Part shown: in pieces, positions 38,810 through 52,833 of the stretch
Numbering within the stretch: the stretch's first letter is position 1
Layout of the letters: every line of letters starts with the position of its first letter
Assembly: GCA_951406725.2 (NCBI GenBank)
Contig: OX597820.1
Coordinates: forward strand, 78,864,001 to 78,928,000
From: Octopus vulgaris
Taxonomy: Eukaryota
DNA length: 64,000 bases
Direction of reading: 5' to 3'
Notes under the pieces: model-generated
Seen by the model: only the letters and a program-made list of their open reading frames with translations
Database searches by the model: none
Told to the model about the DNA's origin: nothing
Translations under genes and position numbers: made by a program

Positions 38810-39285
38810 TAGTACCGCCTGATTGGCACTCATGTGCCAGTGGAACGTTAAAAGCACATTCAAGCGTGATCATTGCTAGGGCCATGGATTGGCTCCTGTG
38901 CTTGGTGATACGTGAAAAGCACCATTCGAGCGTAATCGTTGCCAGTGTCGTCTTACCAGCATATGTGCCGGTGACATGTGAAAAACAACATTCGAGCATG
39001 GTCATTGCCAGTGCCGCCTGACTGACTCCCGTGCAAGTAGCACATAAAAAACACATTTTGAGCGTGGTTGTTGCCAGAACTGCCTGACTGGCCCTCGTGC
39101 TGGTGGCACGTAAAAGCACCCACTACACTCTCTGAGTGGTTGGCATTAGGAAAGGCATCCAGCTGTAGAAATAAACTTTGCCAGATCAGATTGAACCTGG
39201 TGCAGCCTTCTAGCTCACCAGTCCTCAGTCAAACCGTCCAACCCATGCCAGCATGGAAAGCAGACGTTAAACGATGATGATGATG
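38810..39285 (+). mobile_element. Tandem array of about 60-bp units attached to an RTE-type SINE tail
   Basis: About 5-6 units of G(T/C)GCCAGTGGCACGTAAAA-GCACCATTCGAGCGTGGTC-TTGCCAGTGCCGCCTGACTGGC, then the tail to (GAT)n. Confidence 0.75.
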
Positions 39286-40374
39286 AATATAATAAAAGTT
39301 AACTTTTTTTTTTAATCTTATATTTATCTTGTAAACAAATAATACAATATTACATAAGCATTTTATAATGTTTCTTTTCTGAAAACTTGCCACGTACTGA
39401 GAGCTGATGACTCGTGGACCAGCACCGCTCAACAGACCACTGCTCTAGAGTACTTAGAGTCATAAATGTTCAGAGAAGCTAAAGAGAGGAAGGCTGCATG
39501 CAAAGACAGAGTCCCACCTGGTTTTGATTCTGTTACTACATGACGGACCCCACAACTGGAACTGTGGGTTTTGTGTCGATTTGGACTAATTGGCCACCTC
39601 AGGATACACAAAGATTAAAGCTGCTAATCTAGTCATCTTCACAAAGGATGAACATCATTTCACTGAGCCCCAACCCCTAAAAGGGACATCCCCCTATTTA
39701 ATATCACTGCCTGGCCCTTTAGGTTGCCTTTAGCAGAATCTACTCTATTGCTAGATTTCAAGACAGATCTCTGGTTTCAGAAACCCTGAAAAAAAAATTG
39801 GTAGGTGATGCCCTTACACTTAAGAAAAATTTAAATAAAACACTGAGGGTGGAATGAAATAGAATCCTTATCACAGCAGAGTTTTTTTTTTTTTTTTTTT
39901 TGGGTAAGCAAAAACAGCATTTCATCTGGCGCAATAACAAATCTGCCAGTTCACTGCCTTTGATAGTATTAATAAAAGACTGTTTCTCAAATTTTAAGAG
40001 TGAAAAAAATTCATATAATAAAGATTTCATCAATTCACTGAGGCCTTCACATGAAAATCTTCAAAATAATGAATTTCAAGTTGTGTGTTTATGTGGGTAA
40101 AAACAGAAAATCTGCAACATTATGAAAACCAGAGACACAGAGACTGACAATATACATTTTTTTTTTCTCAAGATGTATATTATTATATTTATGTATCCTC
40201 CACACAAAAGAAATCAGATTTGTCATGTTTTAATTAATTTGTAAATAGAATGTTCTGAGAAATCAGTTTTATTTCTTCTTTGTAACCTAATGCAGTCTAT
40301 CACCATTTTTCAAACATATTTTCTCCATTTTGAACCACATTCCATAAATTTCTTACATTCCTATATTTTATTTT

Positions 40375-40800
40375 GTTGTATCTTGGGAGGGTCATTGTGC
40401 CAATAATAAACACATTCACTGGTTCTATTCCACTTTATTTTTATTAATCAACTGGTTAACTATTTAACCAATTAACTCATTGATTGTTTGGTTAATCATT
40501 CATCAATCGATCAATCCTCTAGGTTTGTCAAAGTCCTAAGGCTCCATTCACAATGGCATCAATATGTCCTCTCAACACCAGCTCTGCTGTCATGAGTAAC
40601 AATGAAAGGACTTTGACAAATCTAGCTAACTGATTAGCTGACTGAACAATTAATCAGTTAAATGATTAACCAACCAACAAATAAAAATATAAAGAAGTGA
40701 AATAAAACCAGTGTCAGCATGTGTCTATCGTTGGCATTATGATCTTCCCAAAATACAAAAAAAATGTTTCAACACATGAATTCACAATAAGAATCTTGCA
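40375..40800. mobile_element. Degenerate fold-back element
   Basis: 40375-40535 is inverted at 40605-40760; the outer tail TGTTTCAACACA..TTCACA..AATCTTGCA is shared with 56797-56833. Confidence 0.65.
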
Positions 40801-43800
40801 AGCCAAACACAAAAACTTCATTTTTGTATATTTCTCTAAAACATTTTTTTAAATAATATTTTGTTGTGTAAAATAGTGAAGTAAATTTATAACCCTTAGG
40901 TGGTTGTTTTCCCCAGTTGCCTTCAGAAACTTCCTTCAAGTATACCACATTCTTTATTTTCCTCTCTCTCTTTCTCTACAAATCTTATATCTTTGTAAAT
41001 GTCCATGTAAAAACAATTTTTTCATTGCTATTCATTTCATCACTTATTTACATGCATTCATCAATAACTTTTATATTGCTTTGTTTGTTTGATAACCTAT
41101 TTCATGTTTTTTTTTTAAATTTAGCTTCTGTTTGTCCAATGTTAGAATTTATAAATAATAATAATAATAATAATATATAGCTTAAATATACATCTGTCTT
41201 CGTTTATCTTGGAGTTTTGGTTCCAAAACAAACACAATGATAAATGATTCCTCTCCATGTACGTGGTAAATGGAGCAATTCTTAGATTCACTGGTGCTAA
41301 ACTCGCAGCTCACAATGGCCCACAGCAGCAAAGCATCTACACTGTTTATGAAGATCAGGTGCCTCTTCATATTTTTTCCGTTCACTGGTTCCATGTTGAG
41401 GAGACCGAGTATGTAAATCTCAAAGCACAATCGCATAAACACAAGCGATAATCAGTGCATTGTGGGTAGCATAGCATTGTGGGTAATCGCTGGAGCATGG
41501 TTTTGCAACTTTGCTGTATGAGCAGAATCTTCAACTGCTCACTGAACAGTGTTATCACAGATCAATCCATGATAAATGAAACATGGTTCACAATTGTTAT
41601 GCAGTGTTATCAGTGATGAAAGAATCAGTGATAAACGAGGCTATATGTATTTTATGTACATCAATAAGCAAAATTATTTTCTACACACCAGTCAACAAAA
41701 CTTTAACATTCAAACGTAACGTTTTTTTTTTACATTTTTTTAAAAACAGTAATGAAATATGTAAATCCATTTAATTAATAATTTTTTCATTTTATATATA
41801 TATATATTAAAAAAAACTTAAATTCTAATATTCTAACATTATACAAGAAATAGCCTATAAAATTTGTTTAAGTAAAAGTGAGATATTTATAATTAAAATG
41901 TTATTTTTTCTATATCAATGTTTGCCTTCCGAAACCAAATTGGAACTGAAGTTATTTCTATATATGGTCAACTGTAACAAAATAAAAAAATATATTCAGT
42001 AATCTTTGTATGTTGATTTATATTGTTTTGTTCATTTTTGATGACTGTTGCTATGTTTCATAACTAACCCAAGGGTAGGAAATGATTTTCTTTGAATAGA
42101 AGGGCTGTGTTGTAAGAAATATACTTAACCACATGATTAGGACACCTTAGGCAAGTGTCTTCTACTCCAGCCACAGGCCAATCAAAGTCTTGTGAGAGGG
42201 TTAGGTTAGGATAGATGGAAACTGAAAGAAGCCCATTGTATTTACATATATTTATATAGGTGCTTTGTGTGTTACTCTCTCCCTACCTTGACATCACATG
42301 ATAGTTGTGAGTGAGTGTTACTGTCAAACAAGCAGCGTCATTTGTTTTCAACATGTCTGGTCAAGAGGAAGTATTACCTTATTTGGAAACAAGTAAGGGT
42401 TGGTGATAGGAAGGGCCCCCATCTGTAGAAAATTTGCCTCAATGAACTCCATCCGACCCGTGCAGGCATGGAAAAGTGCATGTCAATGATGATAACGATG
42501 AAATAGTGATAGAAAAATCCAACTGAGAGCGAAATAAAATAGTAATGTAAAACAATGTGAAAGCGGAAAGAAAATTACTCCAATCACAAAAAATAATTAA
42601 GTATAAAATTTATTGCTGTTAAAATATATATTTACATTTTATTATGAAAAATTGGCATAGAAAAGGACAGTGCCTAATATTTGATTTTTGTTATGTCTGT
42701 GTACAAATATGTACATGCGTAGAATAAAATATTTTGTACAAAATATACAGTTGTTATATGTCTATATTAGTGAAATGATTTAACATTAGAAGTTTTGAAA
42801 ACTATTAACCACATGTGTTTTTGTCAAATAGAGACATGTGTGTAGAAAATTTATGGCTAACAGCCTGGGAAACATTTATGTACATTTGTTGTTATCATAA
42901 AGAATTACCAATAAGATTTACAGAGAATATAAGAATTTAGATAAACAAGATGTTAAATGCAATATTGATTGCTAGCATATGCAAAAGGCCATAAATTTAG
43001 AGGGAGGGGATCAACCCATTGATTCTTGTATTTGGCAAAGTATTTATTTTATCAATGGTAAAAGGATACAAGGCAAAAATCAAGCAAGGTTGTTTCCTGT
43101 CTTCTGTGAAAACCATGACTGGCTACAAGGAAATATTACCTTAATTGGAAAAAGGTGATGGTTGATGAGAAGAAGAACAGCCAGCTGTAGAAAATGACCC
43201 TCAACAAATTTTGTTTGCCCCCATGTGTGCATAGAAAAGTAGACACTAAACGTAGATGTGACTATAGAGGGTCACAATTAGATACCACAATGCCTTATCA
43301 CTTGTGCCAATTCACTACATTTGAGCTGTCAAACACAATCCCTGGTGGAGCAATGAATATAAATTTTAAGATATTTTAATCAGTGAAAGAAATTTATTTT
43401 TTATGTGGAGTGTGTTTGTGTGTACAGGTAAGTGCAGGTGTATGATTGTCCGTTGTCTGAGAAAGAGAAAAATGTGAAAGATTCAGTGGATGGGAACGAC
43501 TGTCTTTTTTTTTTGTTCTATACAGAAGTAAAAACTTTGCCCACTCCATTGAGGAGTCTTGTGAGTGCTTGGTGACATCACCAGTGCTAGTGCCATATAA
43601 GATAAAAGGTACCCATATACTCCGTAAAGTGATTGGCATTAGGAAGAGCATCCAGCTGTAGAAACTATAACTGAAGTAGACGCTAGAGCACAGTGCAGCC
43701 CTCTGGATTGTTGGTTCTTATTGAACTATTCAACCCATAACCATATAATCAGGATAATGATGTATAGAAGACTATGGTCCCAAAACATGGAATGCATTGC

Positions 43801-44094
43801 TATTAGATTTCAGGAAGAGTTTCACAAATCAAAATTTGTTTTCTTCAGTAATTCAAAAAACTACTTTTTTAAAATGTTAAAATATTTTAACAATTCTAAT
43901 AATATTCACAGCTTTATTCTAGAGCCATTCCGATATTAACAGGGGCAGAACTTAAAACAAATGTGATGACTATGCATACATTTACCCCTGTCAAAACTGG
44001 TGTGACTTCATATAATTGCTTCTGTATTTCCCCATCTTGCAGGTTTTGCAAAATGAAATATTTATTCACTTTACTTTAAAGAAGATTGCTTTAA

Positions 44095-44317
44095 CCCTTT
44101 CATTACTGTATTTCTGTTGATATACTCTGGGGTTTCTTTCAATTAATTTTAAATATAACAAAGAATTTAGTAAAATTACTTAGTTATCATTAAGCTAGTG
44201 TTAGGAACATAAATTGTTACTAAGATTTGGTGGAAGATTTTAATTCAGAACTTATACAAACAAGACATTTGTACCACAGAGCCAGTGGTGGTTTCAGCCA
44301 GGTTGGTATCAAAAGGG
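44095..44317. mobile_element. piggyBac-type MITE
   Basis: TTAA|CCCTTT..AAAGGG|TTAA; same family in opposite orientation at 62179-62408. Confidence 0.85.
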
Positions 44318-44669
44318 TTAAATATCAGTTGCATCCAAAACTGCACAACCTGAGTTTGGGGAAAAAAGCCTAAAAAAATTCACTTAATTTCCAAAATGCC
44401 AAATATATAGTAATATGCTTTGTCAATTGCACAGAATGCTCCTTCTCTATCTCTCTCAAATGCTTTATATCTATATACATACACACACAGAGTGTGTGTG
44501 TGAGAGAGAGAGAGATTTCTGGCAAGGACACAATATTTAGCTTTGCAACCATAATATATTACCAAATATGTTAAAAGGTTTACAAGTCAATATTGCATCT
44601 TAGCTTGTGTGCAGTGTGCTCATTTTAAAGTTTATCTCTTTGGATTTCCTACAGATATTTAGAGTAAAC

Positions 44670-44835
44670 AATGCAACTGAAGATAAGAAAAATGGCTAAC
44701 AGGTGCAGGTGTATATGCAGGTTTCAAAAGTTCTTGCACTTTCATGATGGGTTGGATGTGGTGCTGATGAAAGTGCAATAACTCTTGAAATATGCATAGA
44801 CACCCATTACTGAGTTTTCTGTCTTCCACTGCCTT
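44670..44835. mobile_element. Small degenerate fold-back with a hammerhead-like motif
   Basis: Arms about 44670-44747 and 44766-44835; CTGATGA 44764-44770, GAAA 44787-44790, palindrome TATGCATA. Confidence 0.5.
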
Positions 44836-44929
44836 ATTTACCTAGGCATATTCATTTACAAAACATTGTAACATGCAGTGCTAGCTCTGAATTCTATAGG
44901 AAACCGATAGAAACAAACAACAAAAGTGT

Positions 44930-45007
<78 letters not shown>

Positions 45008-45884
45008 CATACATACACACACACACACAATTTATCTTAGTTATCTTAGATACTTATGGATAAATTTAGAACCTATTTCTGTCCTAAGCAAAATCTATTT
45101 TGTTTTGGGGATTTTTAAATTACAAAAATAAAATTTCTAAGAGCCTAGGGTGAACAAATTTCATTCTATTTGTAGTTGTTATAAACCATAACTAAAATGT
45201 TACAGACTGAAAAACAATCAGTTTACATTGAGATAAAGAATAAAAAATATATTCTTAAAACTAAAACTTAAAACACAAATTAGAGCTAAAATGTTTGAAT
45301 GTTCATCAATATTAGTGATCCATTTCTAAAACATTTTCACTGATATGATTATCCAGTTCTCTTCACATTTCTCTCATCTATACTTAAAATATTTTGCAAT
45401 TATTCAGGCATGTTAATAAAATACGATGTGGTTAGGACCATTTTAAATTTGGAAACCTAAGGTTATGTACTGTGTTCTGTCTTTAGCAAAAATTGATTCA
45501 GCACCAACGCTATGCTCTATGTTTGGCTCAAGGATATATCATGGTGGTACTACAAAGGTTAAAACACTTCTATGGCAACAGAAACTCTTCCTTTATGAGT
45601 CTGGTCAGTACATGTTTAAGTCTGATAATGATGACCCACTGTACAGCATTCAGATAATTAAATCTGTAACCATACAGGGTTCTTTGCCTCTACAATTCTT
45701 ACTCATTTAACTAAATAAGTTCCCTAACATCAAACTGTAAGCCATGATGAATATCAATGATGTCTCTAATAAGGAAGTCTCACAGTAAAAGCATAAAACC
45801 ATGGACAGTCAAACTCCTATGTGGTTCTTTGCCTCCAGAAATTATATACCTATGAATAATCAACTTCTCATAGAGCTGCTAGAC

Positions 45885-46328
45885 CAGTGGTTCTCAACTG
45901 GAATCCATATGACCCTAGGGGGTGCAGGTCCATATGATTCTTGGGAAGTCCATATTACCTTTGGGGATCTATATGATCCTTGGCGGTCCATATGATGTTG
46001 GGGAGGGCCCATAAGATCTTTGGGGAGGGTCCATATGACTTTTGGAGATCCATATTATCCTTGGAGCTTCATATGACCGTTGTGGGGGTGGGCATATGAT
46101 CATTGGAGTCTGTATAAGATTTTGTTGCTAAAATTTATGAGCAATAAATTGGTTCTACTTGCACCATACACGAAATATTTTAACATTTTTTTTAATATAT
46201 AAAATCCCTGATAATATTTAATAATAAAAATAGGATTTTTTTAAAAACATTGAATTGATATGAGGATTTAACTGAGCCAAATAAGAATCAAAGGGGGTCC
46301 ACAGGTTAAAGACGGTTGAGAACTTCTG
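45885..46328 (+). mobile_element. hAT (Charlie-like) MITE with an internal ~20-bp tandem repeat
   Basis: TIRs CAGTGGTTCTCAAC / GTTGAGAACTTCTG; 8-bp TSD TGCTAGAC / TGCTAGAT; about 11 CATATGA..TTGGGG..GTC units. Confidence 0.85.
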
Positions 46329-46961
46329 TGCTAGATTCTCAGAGTGGATCATCAAACACAGCAAATACATCAAACCTGCAACTCTACCACTTGAAGGTTG
46401 TAAGCACGAAAAAAGACTTTAATGATGCCCTCAATAAACAATAGAATTGCAGTCAGCATGAGGAAACAAAAGTTAAAAATTTTTAATCTCATTCAACGTG
46501 GAATCTATATTCTCTGTAGCTCTTCAGAAAATGAAACTTTAAAAATTTGTGGCATCAACAGATGAAATTCTTTGAAAGAATTCCTCAATAACTTCTGTGT
46601 AGAGTTCATGTTTACAGACCAAAGTCACAGTCACCCGTCTTCTGGTAAAAGTTTAATAAACATGTACTCAACGAAGAAGAAATATTGTGTAATTCTTCAG
46701 CTCAATGTAAAATTGTTTTCATTACAACTTGTAATAAACAACAGAATACCTCTGTCCCTACACGAGTGCTTTTGTAACACACAGAGCGTGTGTAAAAATA
46801 GGTGGTTCAATGTATGGATGGAAATCTAGGGCCGTACAAAATGAGAAGGGGCATTCAGAGTTATTAATCCATGTAATAAGTAGTTTTCGGAGTTGGGATA
46901 TTTATGGAAGAGAGAGGTTATGTTGTCAGAAATAAGAGAGGTTCTTATGGGTAAGACTCAC

Positions 46962-47062
46962 TTATCCAAGGAGGATATCATTATTATATATGGCTGGACT
47001 TTCATTAAAAGTGGAGAGATAGTCAAACGATGGAGTACCAGCCCACGTCTTCCGGCGTTCAA
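46962..47062 (-). CDS. PLEKHA7: PLEKHA5/6/7-like gene, distal last coding exon (VERRKTWAGTPSFDY..DILLG*)
   Basis: Strong acceptor (T)nCCTCTTTCAG; phase 1 entry matches the donor at 55399; open for 33 codons to TAA. Confidence 0.65.
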
Positions 47063-47202
47063 CTGAAAGAGGAAAAAAAAAAAGAAAAGTAAATAAATAA
47101 ATTTAAGAATTGACATTCACATTCCAAAATATGTTTTTGCTTGTAACATCATATAAACAAATGAGCAACAGAGTAATAACATCAACATTGATATATTTAG
47201 CA

Positions 47203-47349
47203 ACCACAATATACTGCTAAGTATATCAAAGGCTTTATAAGTCAACACTGTGTCCTACCTGTGTTAGCAGTGCAATTAAATCGCACAGCTAACACAGGTA
47301 GGACACAGTCTTGACTTATGAGTCTTTAATATACTTGGTATATTGTGGA
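47203..47349. repeat. Inverted repeat, about 65-bp arms
   Basis: ACTGTGTCCTACCTGTGTTAGC / GCTAACACAGGTAGGACACAGT core with extended imperfect arms. Confidence 0.8.
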
Positions 47350-50331
47350 TGGATAATAAAATATGGGGTCCTTACCATCAATTAATATGTGTAGCATAAA
47401 TATTAATATGCACAGACACCTGCATACAAATACATCTGTGTGTGTGTATATGTGTGTATATATGTGGGGGGAGGGGTATGTCTAGCTGTAGAAACCATGT
47501 TGAAGTAGATTGGAACCTGGTGCAGCTCTCCGGCTTGCCAGCTCTGGTCAAACCATCCAACCCATGCCAGCATAGAAAAAGGACATTAAATGATGATGAT
47601 GATAATGATATATAACAAGCTCAAATATTCAAAAGCAGACTTTCAAATAAATTGATATTGATTACTGTCACCACAAAGAAATACAAAATACTCAGTCAAT
47701 GAATCTAAAAACATTCAAAAAGAAATGTTAAAGTTTATGGTAGATGCGGGGAGTGGGGGGGGGGTGTAGATGTTAAATGATGGTTTAAGAAAAATTAAAT
47801 CAAAACAACAAAAAAAATATACCGGAACCATCAAACAGCAGGATTTTGACAAACTGGAATAAGACTAGTATTAATGATAAGACAAACAAAACAGTGCATC
47901 ATGTGCAGTGTGTGGTGTAAGGATGTTTCATGCAGCAACACCAACTGGAAACAATGTAGACACAATCTGAAACCTTTTCTGAAGTAATAAATCATTTGAA
48001 GATAAATGAAAAACTTACAAGTTTTGTGATGTCAACGCAAACAGCTGCTTTGTGTGACAAGATCTCATTTAAAGCAACTATTTTATAAAAAAGCAGATGG
48101 CTTCAAGTTTCTCTGTCAACTTTTCTGAGATGTCATTGTAAATTTTTAATTTATATTTTTTAAAGCAAATATCTTAGCTAGCATCCACTTTACTATTAAA
48201 TTTTCATGAAACAGGTGTCCAGAGTAATTGTAGCTAATCGTTCTTCTAGACTACTCACTGTTCATTCATTGAAAGCAGAGAAGTTACCCCTTCTAGTCAC
48301 AAAATTCTAGCAGTGATACTGAAATAATAGTTTGCTGATGAAGTCTAATAAAATAAAATAACATGTCCACAGTCATCACCAATAAAACTAAAGATCAGGA
48401 TCACTACCCAATGCATTCCATGTTTAATTGTTATTAATTCAAATTTCAGAGTTGTCTCACTTGAATATTTTTTTTACCAGGTTCATTAACTAAACATTGT
48501 AATTTAAGTTGATTAAAACCTTATTACATCAAGTATGCTAGCGTTCGCTTTATTGTTAGTGGGTGACATAATTTTCCCCAGTGATTTTAATTCAGTTGCT
48601 ACCTAAGTCACTCAGTGTTAAGTATCCATAAATTAGTAATGCTTAATTAATCCATGAATTAATAATGCTTAACCACCCTATATACACCATACTAGTCACA
48701 CTCAATTTACTATATGTTGCTCTAGTCTCATTATATAAATGTACTATTCACTGCACTAGTCATATCGCATGAATATACTATACTAATATATACTACAATA
48801 AAATGGCAAGCAATCAGAACCATTAGCATGTCAGGCAAAATGCTTGGCAGCATTTCCTCTGAGTTCAAATCCCACAAATGTCAACTTAACTTTTCATCCC
48901 TGCAGGACCAATAAAGTATAGTGACAGTCAAGTACTGGGATCAATGAAATCAACTTGTCCCTTCCGTTCAAAATTGCTGGCCTTGAACTCTGCGATGGGC
49001 CAATGTACTGTTCAGAAGGACTGCTGTGATCTCAGTCACCTAGTCACCATGGAAACTGGGCAACCAGCTTTATGAGTCCTAGGACCCAAGAAAATTCTTC
49101 GTAAATCACACTACATATCTGCAGAGAATACAGCACTAATCACACAATGTAGATGTACCAGTCACTTTATAGGAATGTACTACATGCTGTACTCATCACA
49201 CCTCCAATCCATCTTCTCCACTCTTTATTCCTGGGAGTGTCATAGGTTTAGAATCCTCAAACCCCTTCTCTGTAGGATCCTATCAGAAACAACCACCGTT
49301 TAACTTTCCAGCAGACTTCCCATGCATGTCCAACTGAAACTATAGATATTATCCAGCCATCTCATTCCTGGCCTGCCTCTAGGTCTCCTACTGGTTGGCT
49401 TGGCTTGGCTTGGCTTGAAGAATCTGTCTTGCGATTCTTTCTTGCAACATTCTAATCACATGTTTGTAGTACCAGGGTTGTGACCTCTCAATGTAGAGAT
49501 AATGGCACAATCTAGAGAGACTCCCTGATCCCTGAGCTATGCACCCAGTAGAATAGAGTGAAATAGGAAATATTGAGATATTGTGAAATTGTGCCACATC
49601 AGCTTCATTAAGGTTCCAGCTGGATTCCCAAGAGCGACCAACAGAGATATTATCCAACCTCACTAAAAATGAATCTAATTGCAGGATTGAGGTCTAATCT
49701 TGATTTACCTTCACCAAAGCTCATTTTCAAAATACCCGAGTGACACGTCATATCGCATTGACGCAACTATGAACTACATATAAACTTACCTTAATTCAAC
49801 TATGAACTATATATAAATTCACCTTAAATTCTATAATTAAACTGTCCAGGAGAGAAGTTACTAATCAGTGAAATTAAAATCTAAAATCAGTAAGTAATTA
49901 AACCTAATAATTAACTTATTACATTAATCATATCACATTCCCTATTGATTAAATTAAGAATAAACTGACATGATACCATTTTATTATAAATTAAAGTAAC
50001 GAATGCTTTAATTGGTTGCACATAATATCTAATGAATACCACAGCTGAATAACTTTGCATTAAATGATTAGACATCAGCAAACTACGTTTGCAATTACAT
50101 TTGTGATGAATGTTGTTTCATTAATAATCTAATTAGCCAGTAAACAATTTACATGTAGATATTTTTCAGTCATCTTGGTATGTTTTCAATCATTACTGTA
50201 AAATAATTCATTGCTTTTTAATCAATACATATACACACGTGTGTGTGTGCGCGCGCATTTAACAGACAGAAACTGAAAGAAGCTGTTGCGTGCATGTGCG
50301 TGTATATATATATATATACATACATATACAT

Positions 50332-50365
<34 letters not shown>

Positions 50366-50839
50366 TACATACATATATACGCATGTCTCAATGTGTCTTT
50401 GTGTTTATGTTTGTCCCCAACAATTGCTTGATAACCAGTGTTGGTTTGTTTACATCACCATAACTTAGTAGTTCAGCAAAATAAATACAGATAAAATAAG
50501 TACCAGGATCTACAAAAAAAAAAAAAAGATGTACTGAGGTTAATATGTTTGACTAAGCCCAAAAAGGTATTGCTCCAGCATGGCCACAGTCCAATAACCG
50601 AAACAAGTAAAGAATATATATACAGGCAGAGACATGGCTGTGCGGTTAAGCACATGGTCTCAGATTCAGTCCCACCACACAGCACCTTGCCCAAGTTTCT
50701 CTTTACATAAGAATAAACTGTTGTTGACCGAGTATAGTCAACTAAAAAGCACCCAAGGCTTCTTTATTAGCTCTCTTAATTATACAGAAGGCAGAGCTGA
50801 CCCAGGCAGAATTTCAATAGAAAAAAAAATATACTTTTC

Positions 50840-51480
50840 TATATTTTGGGGATGAGGAATTATTTACATTATTTACAGTGGACAGATAGGTATCCTCATC
50901 TTGTTTGTTGTTATCACAATGTTTCGGCTGATGTACTCTCCAGCCTTCATTGGGTGTTCTTGGTGGAATTTCAAACCCAACCCTTTATTTGACTAATTGG
51001 GTACACTGTTCTCATTCCTAACATATGTTGCCAATGTTATTTTTCTGTTGATGTTATTTTTCACTGCCTGGGATTGAACTTAGAATTTGAGGTTTAACAG
51101 CTTGGTGTGCCAACAAAGAGCTTATGAAGTATTTTGTATGCAGAGTGAAGCCACTTGACACAGATTGCATGTGCATTATGTTTTAACATTCTAGCTCACT
51201 TCCACTGTTTACAACAGTGCTTGGAAGGAAGGTGTGTAGCATGTGATTGGATTCTAAGTTCAATCTGAGGCAGGGACTTGAAAAATAATATTAACAGAAA
51301 AATAACATCAGCAACATACGTTAGGAATGAGAACAGTGTACCCCGTTAGTCAAATAAAGGGTTGGGTTCAAAATTCCACTAGAACACCTGATGAAGGCAG
51401 GAGAGTACATCAGACGAAAGGTTGTGATAACAACAAACAAGGTGAGGACAAATATCTGTCCATTGTAAATAATGTTAAAA
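50840..51480. mobile_element. Family A fold-back (two inverted hammerhead-bearing arms)
   Basis: 50840-51110 is inverted at 51245-51480; cores at 50915-50956 (-, mutated to CCAATGA) and 51385-51426 (+). Confidence 0.8.
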
Positions 51481-51556
51481 AAAATATTTTTCAATGCAGA
51501 TTAACTGCTTCGGCCCTTTTCAAAAGTTATGAATAATTAGTGTGGGTACATGTGTA

Positions 51557-51601
<45 letters not shown>

Positions 51602-52833
51602 CAGGAACAGGTTGTGTGGATAAGAAACTTTCTTCTCAACCATGTGATCTCAGGTTCAGTCCCACTGCATGGCACCTTGGGCAAGTGTTTCTGCTACAGC
51701 TTCAGGCTAACCAAAGTCTTACGAGTGAATTTGGTAGACAGAAACCAAAAAACGCCCATCATGCACGTGTGTGTGTGGTCATTTAATGTCCATTTTCCAG
51801 GCTGGCATGGGTTGGATGGTTTGACAGGGGCTGGCTAGGCAGAAGACTGCACCAGGCTGTCCATTTTGGTATGTTTTTTATGGCTGGATGTCCTTCCTAA
51901 CGCCAACCACCTTACAGAGTGGAGTGAATGCTTTTTGCCGTGTGTGAGTGTGTAATATGCAGGCCTTGTCTTGATATCATGAGATGCTTGTAAGGGAACA
52001 TCACCAGAATGCAAGTGATGTTGTTCATTTCCAGTGTTCTGTAAATAACCTGTCTGGACAGGGGAAATATTATCTTGTCTGGAATGGTTGGTGACAGGAA
52101 GGGCATCCTGCCATGTAATTTACCACAATGAATTTCATATAAACCATGCAAGCATACAAAAGTGGGCAATAGATGTGTGTGTGTGTGTGATAGAGAGAGT
52201 GAGAGTGAGTGAGAGAGAGATTGTGAGAGAGAGAGAGAGAAAGAGTGAGATAGAGAGAAAGAGTAGAGAGAAAGAGTGAGATAGAGAGAAAGAGTGGGTG
52301 AGTGAAAGAATGAGTTAGTGAGTGAGTGAGTGAGTGAGTGAGAGAGTGAGAGAGTGAGCAAGCAAGCATACATTCACAATGGAGTTACTCTGATAACAAT
52401 GAAATATTTCGGTGTGCACAATGAATTTTAGAGAAAAAAATTAAACAACAATTAGAAAGGAGTTATTCCAATAGATACACAAAAAAATCAGGAAGGGCAT
52501 GGTTAGAAATCCCCAATACGCTGAGTAGATCAGTGCCATGAAGGCAAAAGTGGATATAGAGAAGGGTGCTTGGAATGGTGACAATGTTTATAGTGATAGG
52601 GGTGTTTGTAATGGTAAGCACGACAAGTGATACAACTTTATATTAAAACAACAGAAGGGGTTCTACTCTAAAATAAAACAGGTTTCATGATAAAGGATAA
52701 CTGCGCTGATCTAAAATTAAACACCAGAGTAGGTGGTGGAGGGTGGGGTGCAGGCAGATTACCTTCAAAGAATCTTTTGTCAAAGGACTCAGTAATGTCT
52801 TACGTTAAGACATGTTTTGTACATCTTGTACAA

